From Cyanobacteria bacterium P01_A01_bin.123 (GTDB taxonomy: Bacteria; Cyanobacteriota; Cyanobacteriia; Phormidesmidales; Phormidesmidaceae), in NCBI GenBank assembly GCA_039815185.1, contig JBCBZT010000055.1, positions 1 to 51,469 of the forward strand: a DNA stretch of 51,469 nt, given 5' to 3'. Below are positions 30,152 to 40,806 of the stretch, in pieces. Position 1 is the first letter of the stretch; each line of letters begins with the position of its first letter. The notes under the pieces are model-generated. The model ran no database searches, was not told the DNA's origin, and saw only the letters and a program-made list of their open reading frames with translations. The translations under genes and the position numbers were made by a program.

Positions 30152-30526
30152 TCAGGCGACTTTGGCTACTACTTCTGCTCCCAGCCGCTTCAGCACTTGT
30201 AATACGGCATGGATGCTTTCGTCTTCCATCTCGATTTCAACGCTGGGTTCTGTCTCAATCCGAAAGGGCTTGTGATAAAAGCCTGCGAGGTCTAACAATG
30301 GCGCAAGGATCACCATCTTGACGCTGTTTTCTAGCATTGGCGGGTCTTCTATCAACGCCTCGAAGTTGATCTTGACTCGATCTAAAAACTGTTGCTCTAA
30401 GTCGCTCAAAGCGTCACCAGGTTCCGACCATTCCGGGAAAAAAGCTGGATCTGGAGTCGGTTCTAACCCAAAGGATTGCTTGAGGTCACGCAATGTCACT
30501 TCATTTGCGGCAATGGTTTGAACCAT
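30152..30526 (-). pseudogene. Restriction-endonuclease-like (HSDR_N-type) gene with probable in-frame internal deletion
   Basis: N-terminus (MVQTI...FFPEW...LENSVKMVILAPLLDLAGFY...EDE) runs straight into the family C-terminus (VLQVLKRLG); the GRID..IESK core recalled for ~200-aa homologs is absent. Confidence 0.7.
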
Positions 30527-30655
30527 CCTCGGCTTTCTCCTCTCAAGTTGCTCTTGTCAATCATCGTAGAACAAGCAAAGCGCGATCGCTTACTCAAGTC
30601 TTATCCTGTCATCGCTGATAGGATAAGACTCCATTCGCTGTTACTCCCGCGCTCG

Positions 30656-32461
30656 ATGACTCGTCTCTCCCCCGCATCTACCCATCCTCTCAAACGGCTA
30701 TTGGTTTATGGTCGTGCCTATCGGCGACAGATTTGGTTGGCCAGTGCCTGCTCTGTATTCAACAAGTTATTTGATCTTGCGCCTCCGGTGCTGATTGGCC
30801 TGGCCGTCGATGTGGTGGTCAAACAGCAAGATTCTTTGATTGCCAACTGGGGCATTGCAAACATCCGGGGACAGTTTCTCGTCCTGGCGGTGTTGACCTT
30901 TGTGTTGTGGAGCTTTGAGTCCATTTTCCAATATGCCTACGCTCGGCTATGGCGCAACCTGGCCCAAACGATGCAGCGGGATATGCGGATTGATGCTTAT
31001 AGCCATTTGCAGGAGTTAGACTTGGCCTATTTTGAAAACCGCAGCACGGGTGGGTTAATGGCGATTCTTAACGACGACATTAACCAGCTTGAGCGGTTTT
31101 TAGACGTGGGGGCTAATGAAGTGCTCCAAGTGGTCACCACGGTGATCATCATTGGCGGGGCGTTTTTTGTGCTGGCCCCCACCGTGGCCTGGATGGCGAT
31201 GCTACCGATGCCGGTGATTATTTGGGGCGCGATCGCGTTTCAAAAACAACTCGCTCCCCGCTACGCCGCTGTCCGTGAACGGGTGAGCGGTCTGAATGGG
31301 CGGCTTTCTAATAACCTGGCGGGTATTTTGACCATCAAAAGCTTCACAGCAGAACCCTATGAAGTGCAGCGCGTGACTGCTGATAGCGAAGCGTATCGCC
31401 AAAGCAATCAGCACGCGATCGCCTTGAGTGCTGCCTTTATTCCCCTAATTCGGATTTTGATTTTGATTGGCTTTACCGCCACCCTCTTGTTCGGTGGACT
31501 CCAGGCTGTGGCAGGGCAACTGGCGGTGGGCACGTATAGTGTGCTTGTCTTTCTTACCCAGCGTCTACTATGGCCCTTGACTCGCCTTGGCGAAACCCTA
31601 GACCAATATCAGCGAGCCATGGCTTCCATCCAACGGGTGATGGCCCTACTGGATACCCCGATTACCCTGCCCCCAGGGCATATTCGCCGCCCTGTAAGTG
31701 AGATCGAAGGGGAAATTCGCTTTGAAGACGTCACTTTCGCCTATGAGCAAACCCATCCCGTGGTCAAGCACCTGACCCTCAAGGTACCCGCAGGTCAAAC
31801 CATAGCCATCGTTGGATCAACAGGATCGGGTAAAAGCACCTTGGTGAAGCTGCTGCTGCGCTTTTATGAGGTGAATCAAGGGCGAGTGGTGCTTGATGGC
31901 ATTGACTTAAGAGAACTCAACCCCCAAGATTTGCGCCAGGCAATTGGGCTTGTCAGCCAGGATGTGTTCTTGTTCCACGGCACAGTGGCGGAAAACATTG
32001 CCTACGGAAGCTTCTACGCTTCTGCTGAGGCGATTGTGGAGGCCGCTAAAATGGCTGAAGCCCATGACTTTATTGAAGCCTTACCTCGGGGGTATGACAC
32101 CATCGTGGGGGAACGGGGCCAAAAGCTCTCTGGGGGGCAGCGACAACGCCTGGCGATCGCCCGAGCGCTGTTGAAAAATCCACCGATTTTGATTTTGGAT
32201 GAGGCCACCTCAGCGGTGGACAACGAAACAGAAGCGGCCATTCAACGCTCCCTAGACAAAATTACTCAGAATCGCACCACAATTGCGATCGCCCACCGTC
32301 TCTCCACCATCCGCAATGCCAACTGCATTTACGTGATGGAGCATGGGCAACTGGCTGAATGGGGCACCCACGAAGAGCTTCTAGAGCGTAACGGCATTTA
32401 TGCAGGGTTGTGGCGGGTGCAAATGGGGCTGCGACATGGGGGCCAACCCCATCTGATTTGA
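30656..32461 (+). CDS. ABC exporter, fused TMD-NBD (MsbA/MdlB-like)
   Basis: 6 TM helices, Walker [37 protein letters not shown] 30656 avoids overlap with the divergent gene. Confidence 0.93.
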   Translation: MTRLSPASTHPLKRLLVYGRAYRRQIWLASACSVFNKLFDLAPPVLIGLAVDVVVKQQDSLIANWGIANIRGQFLVLAVLTFVLWSFESIFQYAYARLWRNLAQTMQRDMRIDAYSHLQELDLAYFENRSTGGLMAILNDDINQLERFLDVGANEVLQVVTTVIIIGGAFFVLAPTVAWMAMLPMPVIIWGAIAFQKQLAPRYAAVRERVSGLNGRLSNNLAGILTIKSFTAEPYEVQRVTADSEAYRQSNQHAIALSAAFIPLIRILILIGFTATLLFGGLQAVAGQLAVGTYSVLVFLTQRLLWPLTRLGETLDQYQRAMASIQRVMALLDTPITLPPGHIRRPVSEIEGEIRFEDVTFAYEQTHPVVKHLTLKVPAGQTIAIVGSTGSGKSTLVKLLLRFYEVNQGRVVLDGIDLRELNPQDLRQAIGLVSQDVFLFHGTVAENIAYGSFYASAEAIVEAAKMAEAHDFIEALPRGYDTIVGERGQKLSGGQRQRLAIARALLKNPPILILDEATSAVDNETEAAIQRSLDKITQNRTTIAIAHRLSTIRNANCIYVMEHGQLAEWGTHEELLERNGIYAGLWRVQMGLRHGGQPHLI

Positions 32462-32532
32462 AAACTTGCCCAGGAACACAAAGCTTCGCGCCCCCACGGG
32501 GAAAAGATGGAGCTGGACTTGGTCAAGGTTTA
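32443..32532 (-). mobile_element. MITE-like dispersed repeat, full copy with REP-like core
   Basis: Minus strand: TAAACCTTGACCAAGTCCAGCTCC...GTGGGGGCGCGAAGCTTTGTGTTCC...CAAGTTTTCAAATCAGATGGGGTTGG. Confidence 0.8.
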
Positions 32533-33498
32533 AATCTGCTGTTGGCGATGGTCTCGCTTTTGAATTTGCATGCGCTGAGTGGCTTGCGCCAAGGCAAATT
32601 GTAGGGTCTTGCTGGGGTCGCGGATTGACCAACCCAGGGAAGCTGGGATGTTGGCTTCTTGGAGCCCCTGTTCAATGCGCAGCGCCAGATTTTCAAGGGT
32701 TTCGGAAGACACTTCTATCGCCAAAACGCCAAACTCATCTCCACCCAACCGCGCGACCATATCGTTAGTGCGAATGGAACGCCGCAAAATCTGAGCGGTT
32801 CGCTTGAGGCGCAAATCCCCGGCTTGGTGCCCTTGGGTATCGTTAAGCTGTTTGAGATTGTCAATATCAATCATCACCACCCCCGCAGGCACTGCATAGT
32901 TTTGACAGCGTGTCTCTTCGAGCGTGAGTAGCCGCTCCCAACCGCGGCGATCATAGATTTCGGTCAAAAAATCGAGCTGGGCTCCGGTTTCTGTCCGTTC
33001 CAGCGATCGCGCTGTCGCTTCAGCCTTGAGTTCTGCATGGAGAAGGGTGGCTAGTAATTTGCCTTGGAGTTCAATAAACGCCAGATCCTGCCGAATTAAG
33101 TCGGGTTGGGGGTGAGGATCAATTGCGCATAAAGTGCCAAATAGCTCACCACTGGCATAGCATAAGGGGATGCCTATATAGGCATTAATGGTCATGGCGT
33201 TGCTACTAGGTGCTGTAGCATAAGCGTCAACCTTCTTCACGTTGGGCGCAATCTTTGGCCCCAGCCCTTTGATCATGCGCGAGCACAACGAGTCTGACCA
33301 ACATAGAACATCTCCTGGATTGACGCCATAACCCTGATCATGAACCGACAAGACAATACAGGCACCTCCTTCTTGACGGGTGACCATCCAGAGTTGAAAT
33401 TTTAAATGCTGATGCAAGAGCGCTAAAATTCCGGCGGCGGCAGCAGCAAAATTTTTAAATGGCGTTACACCAGCGACTTGTAAAATATCATCTTTCAT
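32530..33498 (-). CDS. GAF-GGDEF diguanylate cyclase
   Basis: GAF (YIGIPL...FGTLCAIDP); DIDNLKQLNDTQGHQAGD; RxxD I-site RTND; RLGGDEF. Confidence 0.9.
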   Translation of the reverse strand: MKDDILQVAGVTPFKNFAAAAAGILALLHQHLKFQLWMVTRQEGGACIVLSVHDQGYGVNPGDVLCWSDSLCSRMIKGLGPKIAPNVKKVDAYATAPSSNAMTINAYIGIPLCYASGELFGTLCAIDPHPQPDLIRQDLAFIELQGKLLATLLHAELKAEATARSLERTETGAQLDFLTEIYDRRGWERLLTLEETRCQNYAVPAGVVMIDIDNLKQLNDTQGHQAGDLRLKRTAQILRRSIRTNDMVARLGGDEFGVLAIEVSSETLENLALRIEQGLQEANIPASLGWSIRDPSKTLQFALAQATQRMQIQKRDHRQQQI

Positions 33499-34029
33499 CG
33501 GTCATAGCTTACCGTAAGAAATATGATGCAAAGGAGCCATTCAAATTACAAGTAAAGGATACGAAAAGAGAAAATCGAGTCTATGTCTTAGATAGTTCAA
33601 AACCGTTCTTTCTGAGTCGTTTAGATCGAAACTTAACCCGATCATAAAAAGCTAATCAAAAAAGGCTGAATAGATTCCGGAAGTGTAGGGGATTGAGCGT
33701 AATTTTTTAGCCAATATCTTGATGTTTAGAACAACATTTCCCTATCCCAACCGTAGCTAAGCTCAGGGCTGGAGTTTTGTTCACGAGAAAGATCCACATC
33801 AGAGCTGGACGTGGTTGAGAAAACGACTATTCAAGCTTTTAGACTGCAATGTATTAAATTGTTGGGAAACATTATTAAGCTTAAGACCAAGCTCTTTAAC
33901 TCTCGAACATAGTTTAACGATTTTCTTCGGCTTAAGTGCCGTTTTGCCTACGTAATAACGCTGAATTTTTAACCAAAGCATTGCATCTAGTTCAAATTAC
34001 TTCGTTAAGTTTTCTGATAAACTCAATTC

Positions 34030-34770
34030 ATGAGCGTGATCCCCAATTCCCCATGGTTTTATCCCTACCCAGAACTTCACCCTGGCATTTTGGTCAAGCG
34101 ATACAAACGATTTTTAGCAGATATTGAATTGGACGCTGGAGAAACTGTGACAGCCCATTGCCCCAACACCGGCCCCATGACCGGAGTTTGCCACGTGGGG
34201 GGTAAGGTTTGGGTCTCTCACAATTCTTCCCCTAAGCGTAAGCTGGCGTATACCTGGGAACTATCAGCCGTTGAAGATACGGTACCGACATGGGCTGGGG
34301 TTAACACCGCATTACCCAACCGGGTGATGAAATCTTTGCTAGAAGCAAGGCTGATTCCAGAGCTGGGAAACTACACAAAAATTCGGCCTGAAGTGACCTA
34401 CGGACGCGATCGGAAGAGTCGGATTGATTTCTTGCTGACAACGGATGATGATGCCCCACCGATTTATCTGGAAGTCAAGAACACAACTTGGGCGAAGGAT
34501 GATTTGGCCCTATTTCCTGATACGGTCACGACACGCGGGCAAAAACATTTACGAGAGCTGACGGCCTTGCTGCCTGGAGCTAGGGCTGTGATGGTGTATT
34601 TCATTAATCGGGGAGATTGCACCCGATTTGCCCCAGGAGATGAGGCCGATCAAACTTATGGTGAATTATTGCGTCGGGCAGTGGCAACTGGGGTGGAAAT
34701 ATTGCCTTGCCGCTTTAATGTTTCCCCTGAAGGGATTAGCTATGTTGGGTTGGCCCAGTTAGCGCTTTGA
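34030..34770 (+). CDS. sfsA: DNA/RNA nuclease SfsA
   Basis: KRYKRFLAD, AHCPNTGPM, SRIDFLL, YLEVKN, FPDTVTTRGQKHLREL. Confidence 0.95.
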   Translation: MSVIPNSPWFYPYPELHPGILVKRYKRFLADIELDAGETVTAHCPNTGPMTGVCHVGGKVWVSHNSSPKRKLAYTWELSAVEDTVPTWAGVNTALPNRVMKSLLEARLIPELGNYTKIRPEVTYGRDRKSRIDFLLTTDDDAPPIYLEVKNTTWAKDDLALFPDTVTTRGQKHLRELTALLPGARAVMVYFINRGDCTRFAPGDEADQTYGELLRRAVATGVEILPCRFNVSPEGISYVGLAQLAL

Positions 34771-34906
34771 TGGTTGCCTTGAGTGGGGGAACTAGGGGTA
34801 TGGGTTACATAGCAAGGGCAGCACCTTTGCGATCGCTTCCCCTCAACGCGCAATCATTGGAAAGTCTAGGTATAGTAGATATGACACATTCTTATTCTAA
34901 ATTATC

Positions 34907-35641
34907 ATGACCGTCAATCCTGCCCTGGTCTCTCCTCCGGCAAGGGTTATGGCGCAGGATGCTCTAGCCATTAAACAGGTCTTTCAATCCATTCATGTTG
35001 AGAGTTGTCCTTCATCCTATAACTTTCATATGCACACGGTGTGCTCCGATGGCCGTCTAGAACCTGAAGCGTTGGTTGAGCAAGCGATCTCCCTTGGCCT
35101 CAAAGGATTTGCAATTACCGATCACCATAGCGTTCGAGGCTATCAGCGGGCCAAAAACTGGCTGGAAGATTGGCAGTGGCGTCACCCGCTGCCCCGTCGT
35201 CGAGCGAATGGATGCTTGAAGCCGAGCTTACCGCGACTGTGGACTGGGGTAGAAATTACTGCGGATTTAGTGGGTACCGAAGTCCATATTTTAGGATTCG
35301 CTTTTAATCCTGAGGATACCGCTATGCAGGTCTATCTGCACGGCGCTCCACGGGGTGGCGATCGCTTAGCCGCTGCCGTTATCAAAGCCATTCAAACCGC
35401 AGGCGGGCTGGCCGTGCTGGCCCATCCAGTGCGCTACCGTACTATGCCGGAGCAACTGATTCCTGCCGCTGCTGACTTAGGTATTGATGGCGTTGAAGCC
35501 TATTATGCCTACGATAACCCCACAACTTGGCGACCCAGCCCGGAGAAAACTGAGACCGTCGAAGCACTAGCAAAACAGTTCGATTTGCTCAAGACCTGTG
35601 GCACTGATACCCATGGCAATAGTTTGCTAAAACGAATCTGA
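34907..35641 (+). CDS. PHP-domain metal-dependent phosphoesterase
   Basis: FHMHTVCSDG, AITDHH, GVEI, VHILG, LAHP, CGTDTHG. Confidence 0.9.
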   Translation: MTVNPALVSPPARVMAQDALAIKQVFQSIHVESCPSSYNFHMHTVCSDGRLEPEALVEQAISLGLKGFAITDHHSVRGYQRAKNWLEDWQWRHPLPRRRANGCLKPSLPRLWTGVEITADLVGTEVHILGFAFNPEDTAMQVYLHGAPRGGDRLAAAVIKAIQTAGGLAVLAHPVRYRTMPEQLIPAAADLGIDGVEAYYAYDNPTTWRPSPEKTETVEALAKQFDLLKTCGTDTHGNSLLKRI

Positions 35642-35842
35642 AGCATCATTTTCAGTGGGGCTAAGTCTGGGGGATGACGATTTAGCCCTAAAATTTTCTT
35701 AAAGATTCCGTTTCTTTAGACACGGTTTGTCCCTAAGGTGGCAGGCTAACGTTATGCATAGCCCGTTATCCTCTGTCCTTAATCAAGAGCTTGGTGCAAG
35801 GAATAGAGTGGGCTCACCGGATATCGATTTGAAGACCAACAG

Positions 35843-36934
35843 ATGCAGTCAAACCATCGTTTAAACTCCCGACAACAACGGGTACTGTGGGCAACCGTTC
35901 GCCATTACGTTGCGACCGCTGAACCGGTGGGGTCTAAGTCGTTGGTCGAGGAATATAACCTGCAGGCCAGCCCCGCGACCATCCGTAATGCGATGGGGGT
36001 TTTAGAAAAGACGGGATTGCTGTATCAACCCCACACGTCTGCAGGGCGCGTGCCGTCTGATTCTGGCTATCGTACGTATGTTGATCAGTTGATGCAGCCT
36101 GCTGATGCCATTGCCCAAGACGTGAGCACCTTGTTTGATACTCAGCTTGACTGGGAAGGATCGAGTTTGGAAGTCCTACTGAAAGGGGCGGCGCAAATTC
36201 TTTCAAGTCTGAGCGGCTATATTACGCTGGTTACCTTGCCTCGTACCCGCACTGCGGCACTCCGCCATATTCAGTTAGTTCAGGTCGCACCAGGACAAAT
36301 TTTGTTGGTGGTCGTGCTGGATTCCTATGGCACTCAGTCTGTCCTGATTCGTTTACCCGGAACCGTAGAGGAGCGCCACCATGATCTTGAGCAACTGGAT
36401 CAAGAATTACAGTTACTCTCCAATTTCTTGAATCACCAACTCCGAGGGCAACCCTTAGAAACCGTCACTCAGATTAATTGGAGCGACCTCGATCGTGAAT
36501 TTCTGCGCTACGCCGAAGCCCTAAAGCAAGCCATGGGCGATTTAGCCCGTCAGAGCCAATCTCCGGCGGCGGCGCAAATTATGGTGAGTGGTTTGGCTGA
36601 GGTATTACGCCAGCCAGAGTTCGCCGAATCCCATCAAGTGCAGGCCATCGTGCGACTGTTGGAGGAAGAACGACAGCAGCTTTGGCCGTTGATGTTTGAG
36701 ACCAATGATCCAGATAAACCTGGTAAGCGGGTACGCATTTTGATTGGGGCTGAAAATCCCCTAGAACCCATGCACGGATGCACGCTGGTATCTTCTACCT
36801 ATCAAAAAGGGGTAGTTCCTATCGGCAGCATTGGCATGGTAGGCCCAACTCGGATGGTGTATGAAAATGCGGTTGCCCTGGTAGAAGCGGCGGCTGATTA
36901 TTTTTCTGAGACGCTGAGTCCGGAGATGAGTTAA
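35843..36934 (+). CDS. hrcA: Heat-inducible transcription repressor HrcA
   Basis: [41 protein letters not shown]. Confidence 0.97.
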   Translation: MQSNHRLNSRQQRVLWATVRHYVATAEPVGSKSLVEEYNLQASPATIRNAMGVLEKTGLLYQPHTSAGRVPSDSGYRTYVDQLMQPADAIAQDVSTLFDTQLDWEGSSLEVLLKGAAQILSSLSGYITLVTLPRTRTAALRHIQLVQVAPGQILLVVVLDSYGTQSVLIRLPGTVEERHHDLEQLDQELQLLSNFLNHQLRGQPLETVTQINWSDLDREFLRYAEALKQAMGDLARQSQSPAAAQIMVSGLAEVLRQPEFAESHQVQAIVRLLEEERQQLWPLMFETNDPDKPGKRVRILIGAENPLEPMHGCTLVSSTYQKGVVPIGSIGMVGPTRMVYENAVALVEAAADYFSETLSPEMS

Positions 36935-37521
36935 GAATGGCTGGGTTTAGTTTTGGCTAAGAGGCGTGCCGCAACCGCGCCACCGATAAACCCAAACAGG
37001 TGTCCCTCCCAAGAAATCCCCGGTTGGCTGGGTAAGACGCCCCAAATTAAGCTGCCGTAGAGTACAAAGACCAATAGTGCAAGGGCGATGCTGGTAACGC
37101 TGCGCTCGAAGTATCCCCGCAGTAACAGAAACCCAAGATAGCCAAAGACAACGCCGCTAGCTCCAATGTGAACCGAGCCAGATGCGCCGACAAGCCAAGT
37201 GCCTAAGCCGCCTATAATCGCAGCGAACAAGGTCACAATGAAAAAGTCGCTGATTTCTCGCACCATGACGAACCATCCCAGGGTTACTAATGGGAAGGTA
37301 TTAGCAATGAGATGTTCAAAATTGCCGTGGAGCAGAGGCGCAAATAAGATACCCCATAACCCTGAAAGTTCGCGTGGACGAATGCCGTACTGGTTTAACG
37401 CGCCTCTAAAGATCAGTGCATCCAAAATCTCAACTCCCCAGAGGAGGACAACAAACCCACCCAAAATGATCGCTTGCTGTTTGAGTTCCCCTGCGATGCC
37501 ACGTGTTGCTTGTTTTGCCAT
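36931..37521 (-). CDS. Rhomboid family intramembrane serine protease
   Basis: [18 protein letters not shown] catalytic Ser, SWEGHLFG catalytic His. Confidence 0.92.
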   Translation of the reverse strand: MAKQATRGIAGELKQQAIILGGFVVLLWGVEILDALIFRGALNQYGIRPRELSGLWGILFAPLLHGNFEHLIANTFPLVTLGWFVMVREISDFFIVTLFAAIIGGLGTWLVGASGSVHIGASGVVFGYLGFLLLRGYFERSVTSIALALLVFVLYGSLIWGVLPSQPGISWEGHLFGFIGGAVAARLLAKTKPSHS

Positions 37522-37827
37522 GAATCATTGACTCGTCTAAACTTTGCGAAATCGTTGCAAAATTCCTGTAAAAGATTGCTGCAGAAGCGCTGTTCTACTA
37601 ATTTAGCTTTGATAATTAGTAATCGGTGGCGATCGCCTAAAAGCTTCATAGAGGAGCCGCTGAGTCAAGGGGTAAGTTCTGTTAGTAGGGGACAACACGT
37701 CACCTAATGACGATGGCAAACTGGATTAAGCGATCGCAGCGATTCGGGTTGCCCTCGGTCAACCGTTACACCCCGCTGTTTCAACCGTATGTCTTCGAAC
37801 CGTATTTGTTAACTGACCCCTCAGATC

Positions 37828-38430
37828 TTGATTATTACTGAACTACTGGCGGTACTTTCTGTTTCAGCAGCGGCAGGATTTCGCTTTGCACTGCCGCTGC
37901 TGTTGATTGGGTTGTTCTCAGGCACTGCCCTTTGGTCTAATGTGCCGATTTTGTCTCAATTCTCGCCCAGTTTGGTAGTTGGGGTTCTGGTCAGTTGGTC
38001 CGTGTTGGAGCTAGTGCTTTCAAAAGATCGGCCCGTTCGACGACTTTTGCAAAGTTTAGAGCTGCTGTTTAGCCCTTTTGCCGGTGCGATCGCGGGTATT
38101 GCCATTGCGCGAACGGTGGGCTTGGTACCCTGGTTGATACTCCTCTGTGGGATGATCAGTGGTTTATTGGCGTTAGTCATTCAACTGGTACAAGTAGGCT
38201 GGCTGTATCGCATCCGTCGTCCTCCTTTGTGGGCTTTATTTTTGCAAGATGCCCTCTGTATTTGCTTAGTGGCCTTTGCCTTTGATGCTCCGCGTCAGGG
38301 GGGCTTAATTGCCTTACTGCTGTTGTGGTTTGCCATTCGCAGTTCAAATACTTGGCGATACTGGTATTTGGCCCAGGCAAAACTAAACATGCGCCAAAAT
38401 CCGCGACGCTACAAGCACAATCCAGATTGA
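37828..38430 (+). CDS. DUF4126-like membrane protein
   Basis: LSVSAAAGFRFALPLL N-terminus; multiple TM helices; TTG start. Confidence 0.78.
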   Translation: MIITELLAVLSVSAAAGFRFALPLLLIGLFSGTALWSNVPILSQFSPSLVVGVLVSWSVLELVLSKDRPVRRLLQSLELLFSPFAGAIAGIAIARTVGLVPWLILLCGMISGLLALVIQLVQVGWLYRIRRPPLWALFLQDALCICLVAFAFDAPRQGGLIALLLLWFAIRSSNTWRYWYLAQAKLNMRQNPRRYKHNPD

Positions 38431-38439
38431 GGACCCGAT

Positions 38440-38526
38440 TAAACTTGCACCACATCTAGATCCATCGTTTAGATCTATCGTTTTGGCTTAGCTAAAAACT
38501 CAAGTCTTTAAATCGGCTGTGGTTTA
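38440..38526 (+). mobile_element. MITE-like dispersed repeat, full copy with internal 13-bp duplication
   Basis: TAAACTTGCACCACATCTAGATCC...TAGCTAAAAACTCAAGTCTTTAAATCGGCTGTGGTTTA; TAGATCYATCGTT twice (38457-38482). Confidence 0.82.
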
Positions 38527-39447
38527 GTGGTTCCGGCCTAGGGTAATCGCGCAGCCATCTTGGGTAATAAAGACGGTATCTTCCCAATGCGGTGCTGGGG
38601 CCAGGGTTTCTGAGCGCTGTTGTTCTAGCTCTACTAGGTAGACATTGGTATACAGGCTGGCAATGATCCGCCGCCCCGCTTTAGTCACAGCCAAGTAGCG
38701 CAGGCTATCGCAAATATAAGGGTAGATCACATCCCAGTAAAATCGGGGATAGCTGGCACGCAGCTCTCCCACATGCTGGTAACCCAAGGCTTGATTCATA
38801 CCCGTTTCTTCAAATTCACGGTAAAGCGCAGGGAGTTTTTGGAGATAGCGGGGGTCGCTAAGCTGACCCACTAAGTCGGCAGCTCGACATAGCCCTGGGT
38901 AAGTCAGCGTATCGGCGTAACGCTCCCCAGTTGGAATCGGAAAGCGGGTCATCTCAATATTTTCGGTCACGATCTTTGGGTCAATGCCATCGTGATTGGC
39001 CAAAAACACCTCAACAAAGCGTTGACTGCGATCGACATGGTAAGGGGTGAGGCTGGCATCTGTGGTTTGGGGGGGGAGTATGATTGGCCGATCGCCTTTG
39101 CCGGTCATATACCGATGGTAGGCGGGTTGGTCCCCAGGACAAATCCCTTTGAGATAGCCCACATCATGGCACAGTAGCGCCATCATAGTGTGCAACCAGT
39201 CAGAGCCAGTGACGGTACGTTCGTAAGTATGCTTGCCCTGTAATAGGCTATGGCCCACCCAGAGTACGAGCAGGGTGTGATCGACGGTATGATAGGCTGC
39301 GTCACTTTGGGCGATCGCCCCCAAAACTTGTCGGGCTAAGGGCTCAAAGGTTTCCAGATAGGGGGAGGTTGCGTCAAAGCAACTGGCGTAGGTGACCTTG
39401 ATCTGTTGGAAAAAGGCGTCGACGGTCATTTGAGTGGAATCGAACAT
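38524..39447 (-). CDS. HD-domain metal-dependent phosphohydrolase (Npun_R2479-like)
   Basis: DAAYHTVDHT, LLCHDVGY, LTPYHVDRS, RAADLVGQLSDP; ATG 39447 (MFDSTQ) preferred over TTG 39627. Confidence 0.85.
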   Translation of the reverse strand: MFDSTQMTVDAFFQQIKVTYASCFDATSPYLETFEPLARQVLGAIAQSDAAYHTVDHTLLVLWVGHSLLQGKHTYERTVTGSDWLHTMMALLCHDVGYLKGICPGDQPAYHRYMTGKGDRPIILPPQTTDASLTPYHVDRSQRFVEVFLANHDGIDPKIVTENIEMTRFPIPTGERYADTLTYPGLCRAADLVGQLSDPRYLQKLPALYREFEETGMNQALGYQHVGELRASYPRFYWDVIYPYICDSLRYLAVTKAGRRIIASLYTNVYLVELEQQRSETLAPAPHWEDTVFITQDGCAITLGRNH

Positions 39448-39648
39448 AATATTTGGGTAAAGACTTTCAAGAACGGTCAATTGTGTCCAGTGATGACGCT
39501 GGATTAGGTGCTTTAAGAAACAGGTTTGGGATGTTAGCGCCTGGGTAGGACAGGCGTCAGAAGTCAGAAGGAAGCAGCTTGTTGACTGGATTCTAGATTC
39601 GATTTCTACACCCTGATTTTCTGTCAAGCTAATTTAGACTCGCCTAAT

Positions 39649-39740
39649 TAAACCTTGGCTACATCCAGATCCACATTTCTCCTGATAGGAACGCATAGCT
39701 CTGCGCCCCTACCTCAAGGCTTTAAATTGGATATAGTTTA
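39649..39740 (+). mobile_element. MITE-like dispersed repeat, full copy with REP-like core
   Basis: TAAACCTTGGCTACATCCAGATCC...GATAGGAACGCATAGCTCTGCGCCCCTAC...CAAGGCTTTAAATTGGATATAGTTTA. Confidence 0.82.
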
Positions 39741-40759
39741 AGTGACTTAACCGTGGCTCAAATCTATGGATTTGAGAACCATAAAAACTCATGGTGGAAA
39801 TTTGAACTGTCTCAGATTTAATCTGTCTTAGAACAAAAGCCTATGGAAATGAGTTGATCTCACCACAAATCCTCAAAAAATGTCGTAAAAGCTCATTTTC
39901 TGCGGATCTTAATTTTGTCAAGGCGCTAATTTTGCTTGGATTAGCCCTACTATAAACGCTCCTGACTCCCCTGCCGCTGTGATTTATAGAGCGTGATAGA
40001 TAGGGTTTAGATCAACTTTTCTTGTGATCGAGATCAATTTCATTTTCTATCAACAGGGATATCTTAAATACACAACTTAGTTCTAATTGAGTTGAAAAAA
40101 ATTGGCTTCCCTAGTATCAGCCCTCAATTTTCGATCATTGAAGTATGATCGGATAGGCGCTATCTTGATGCTCGTCGAGCACCAGTATGCAGGATTTTTG
40201 TGACTCATTATTTGATGCTGGAGGGATAGCTTAATAAAGTTGATTGGTTTACTGGATTTCTATTTGTACGCAGCGGTTTGTTATCTCATCAAAATATCTT
40301 GGGATTCCCTTTTAGCATCAGCCACTTTTAGTCTTTCGGAACTTGGGAAGCGTTTAGCCATACTAACCCTTCGATAAAAGCGCCGACGCTAGTTTTCGAT
40401 TATGCTGAAGTCTCTAAGAGACTCAACTTTTAGTCTTGCATTGTGCGCAAGCGCTTACTGCTTCAGAGAAACATTTAATACCCCATCGTTATCCATTGCG
40501 TCTTCAGATAAGAAATGTAACAAAATCCCCTAAAAATATGAAAACAAACCTAATAGAGCCAAAGGATAAAACTTATTGCTCTTCTGGTTCTTAGATTTGG
40601 TAATTAAAGCCTGCCTTTTGGTTTTTTTTGGCAATTCCTGAGTTGATCGCTCCCAAAGTTTTTTCGGGGTGCTAGACTGAGCCGTAGAGAATAAATATTC
40701 GGTTGCAGCATTTGTTTCTAGCATTAACGGATTTTCACGTTTTTCCATTGACAGGTTTC

Positions 40760-40806
40760 TCTCCGAAATTTCGCTCTGTACATTTCTTAAGGTTTGGAGA
40801 AAATCT
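40760..40806 (+). promoter_or_regulatory. rbp 5'-UTR anti-SD/SD pair
   Basis: TCTCCGAA (40760-40767) can pair with TTTGGAGA (40793-40800), which holds the SD; similar boxes recalled for cyanobacterial rbp leaders. Confidence 0.6.

Noticed and set aside
35642..35842. CIRCE element upstream of hrcA
   Set aside because: No TTAGCACTC-N9-GAGTGCTAA found.
39448..39627. 60-aa N-terminal extension of the HD hydrolase; likewise 30476-30655 for the ABC exporter
   Set aside because: TTG starts with no family-like sequence; downstream ATGs fit the expected N-termini better.
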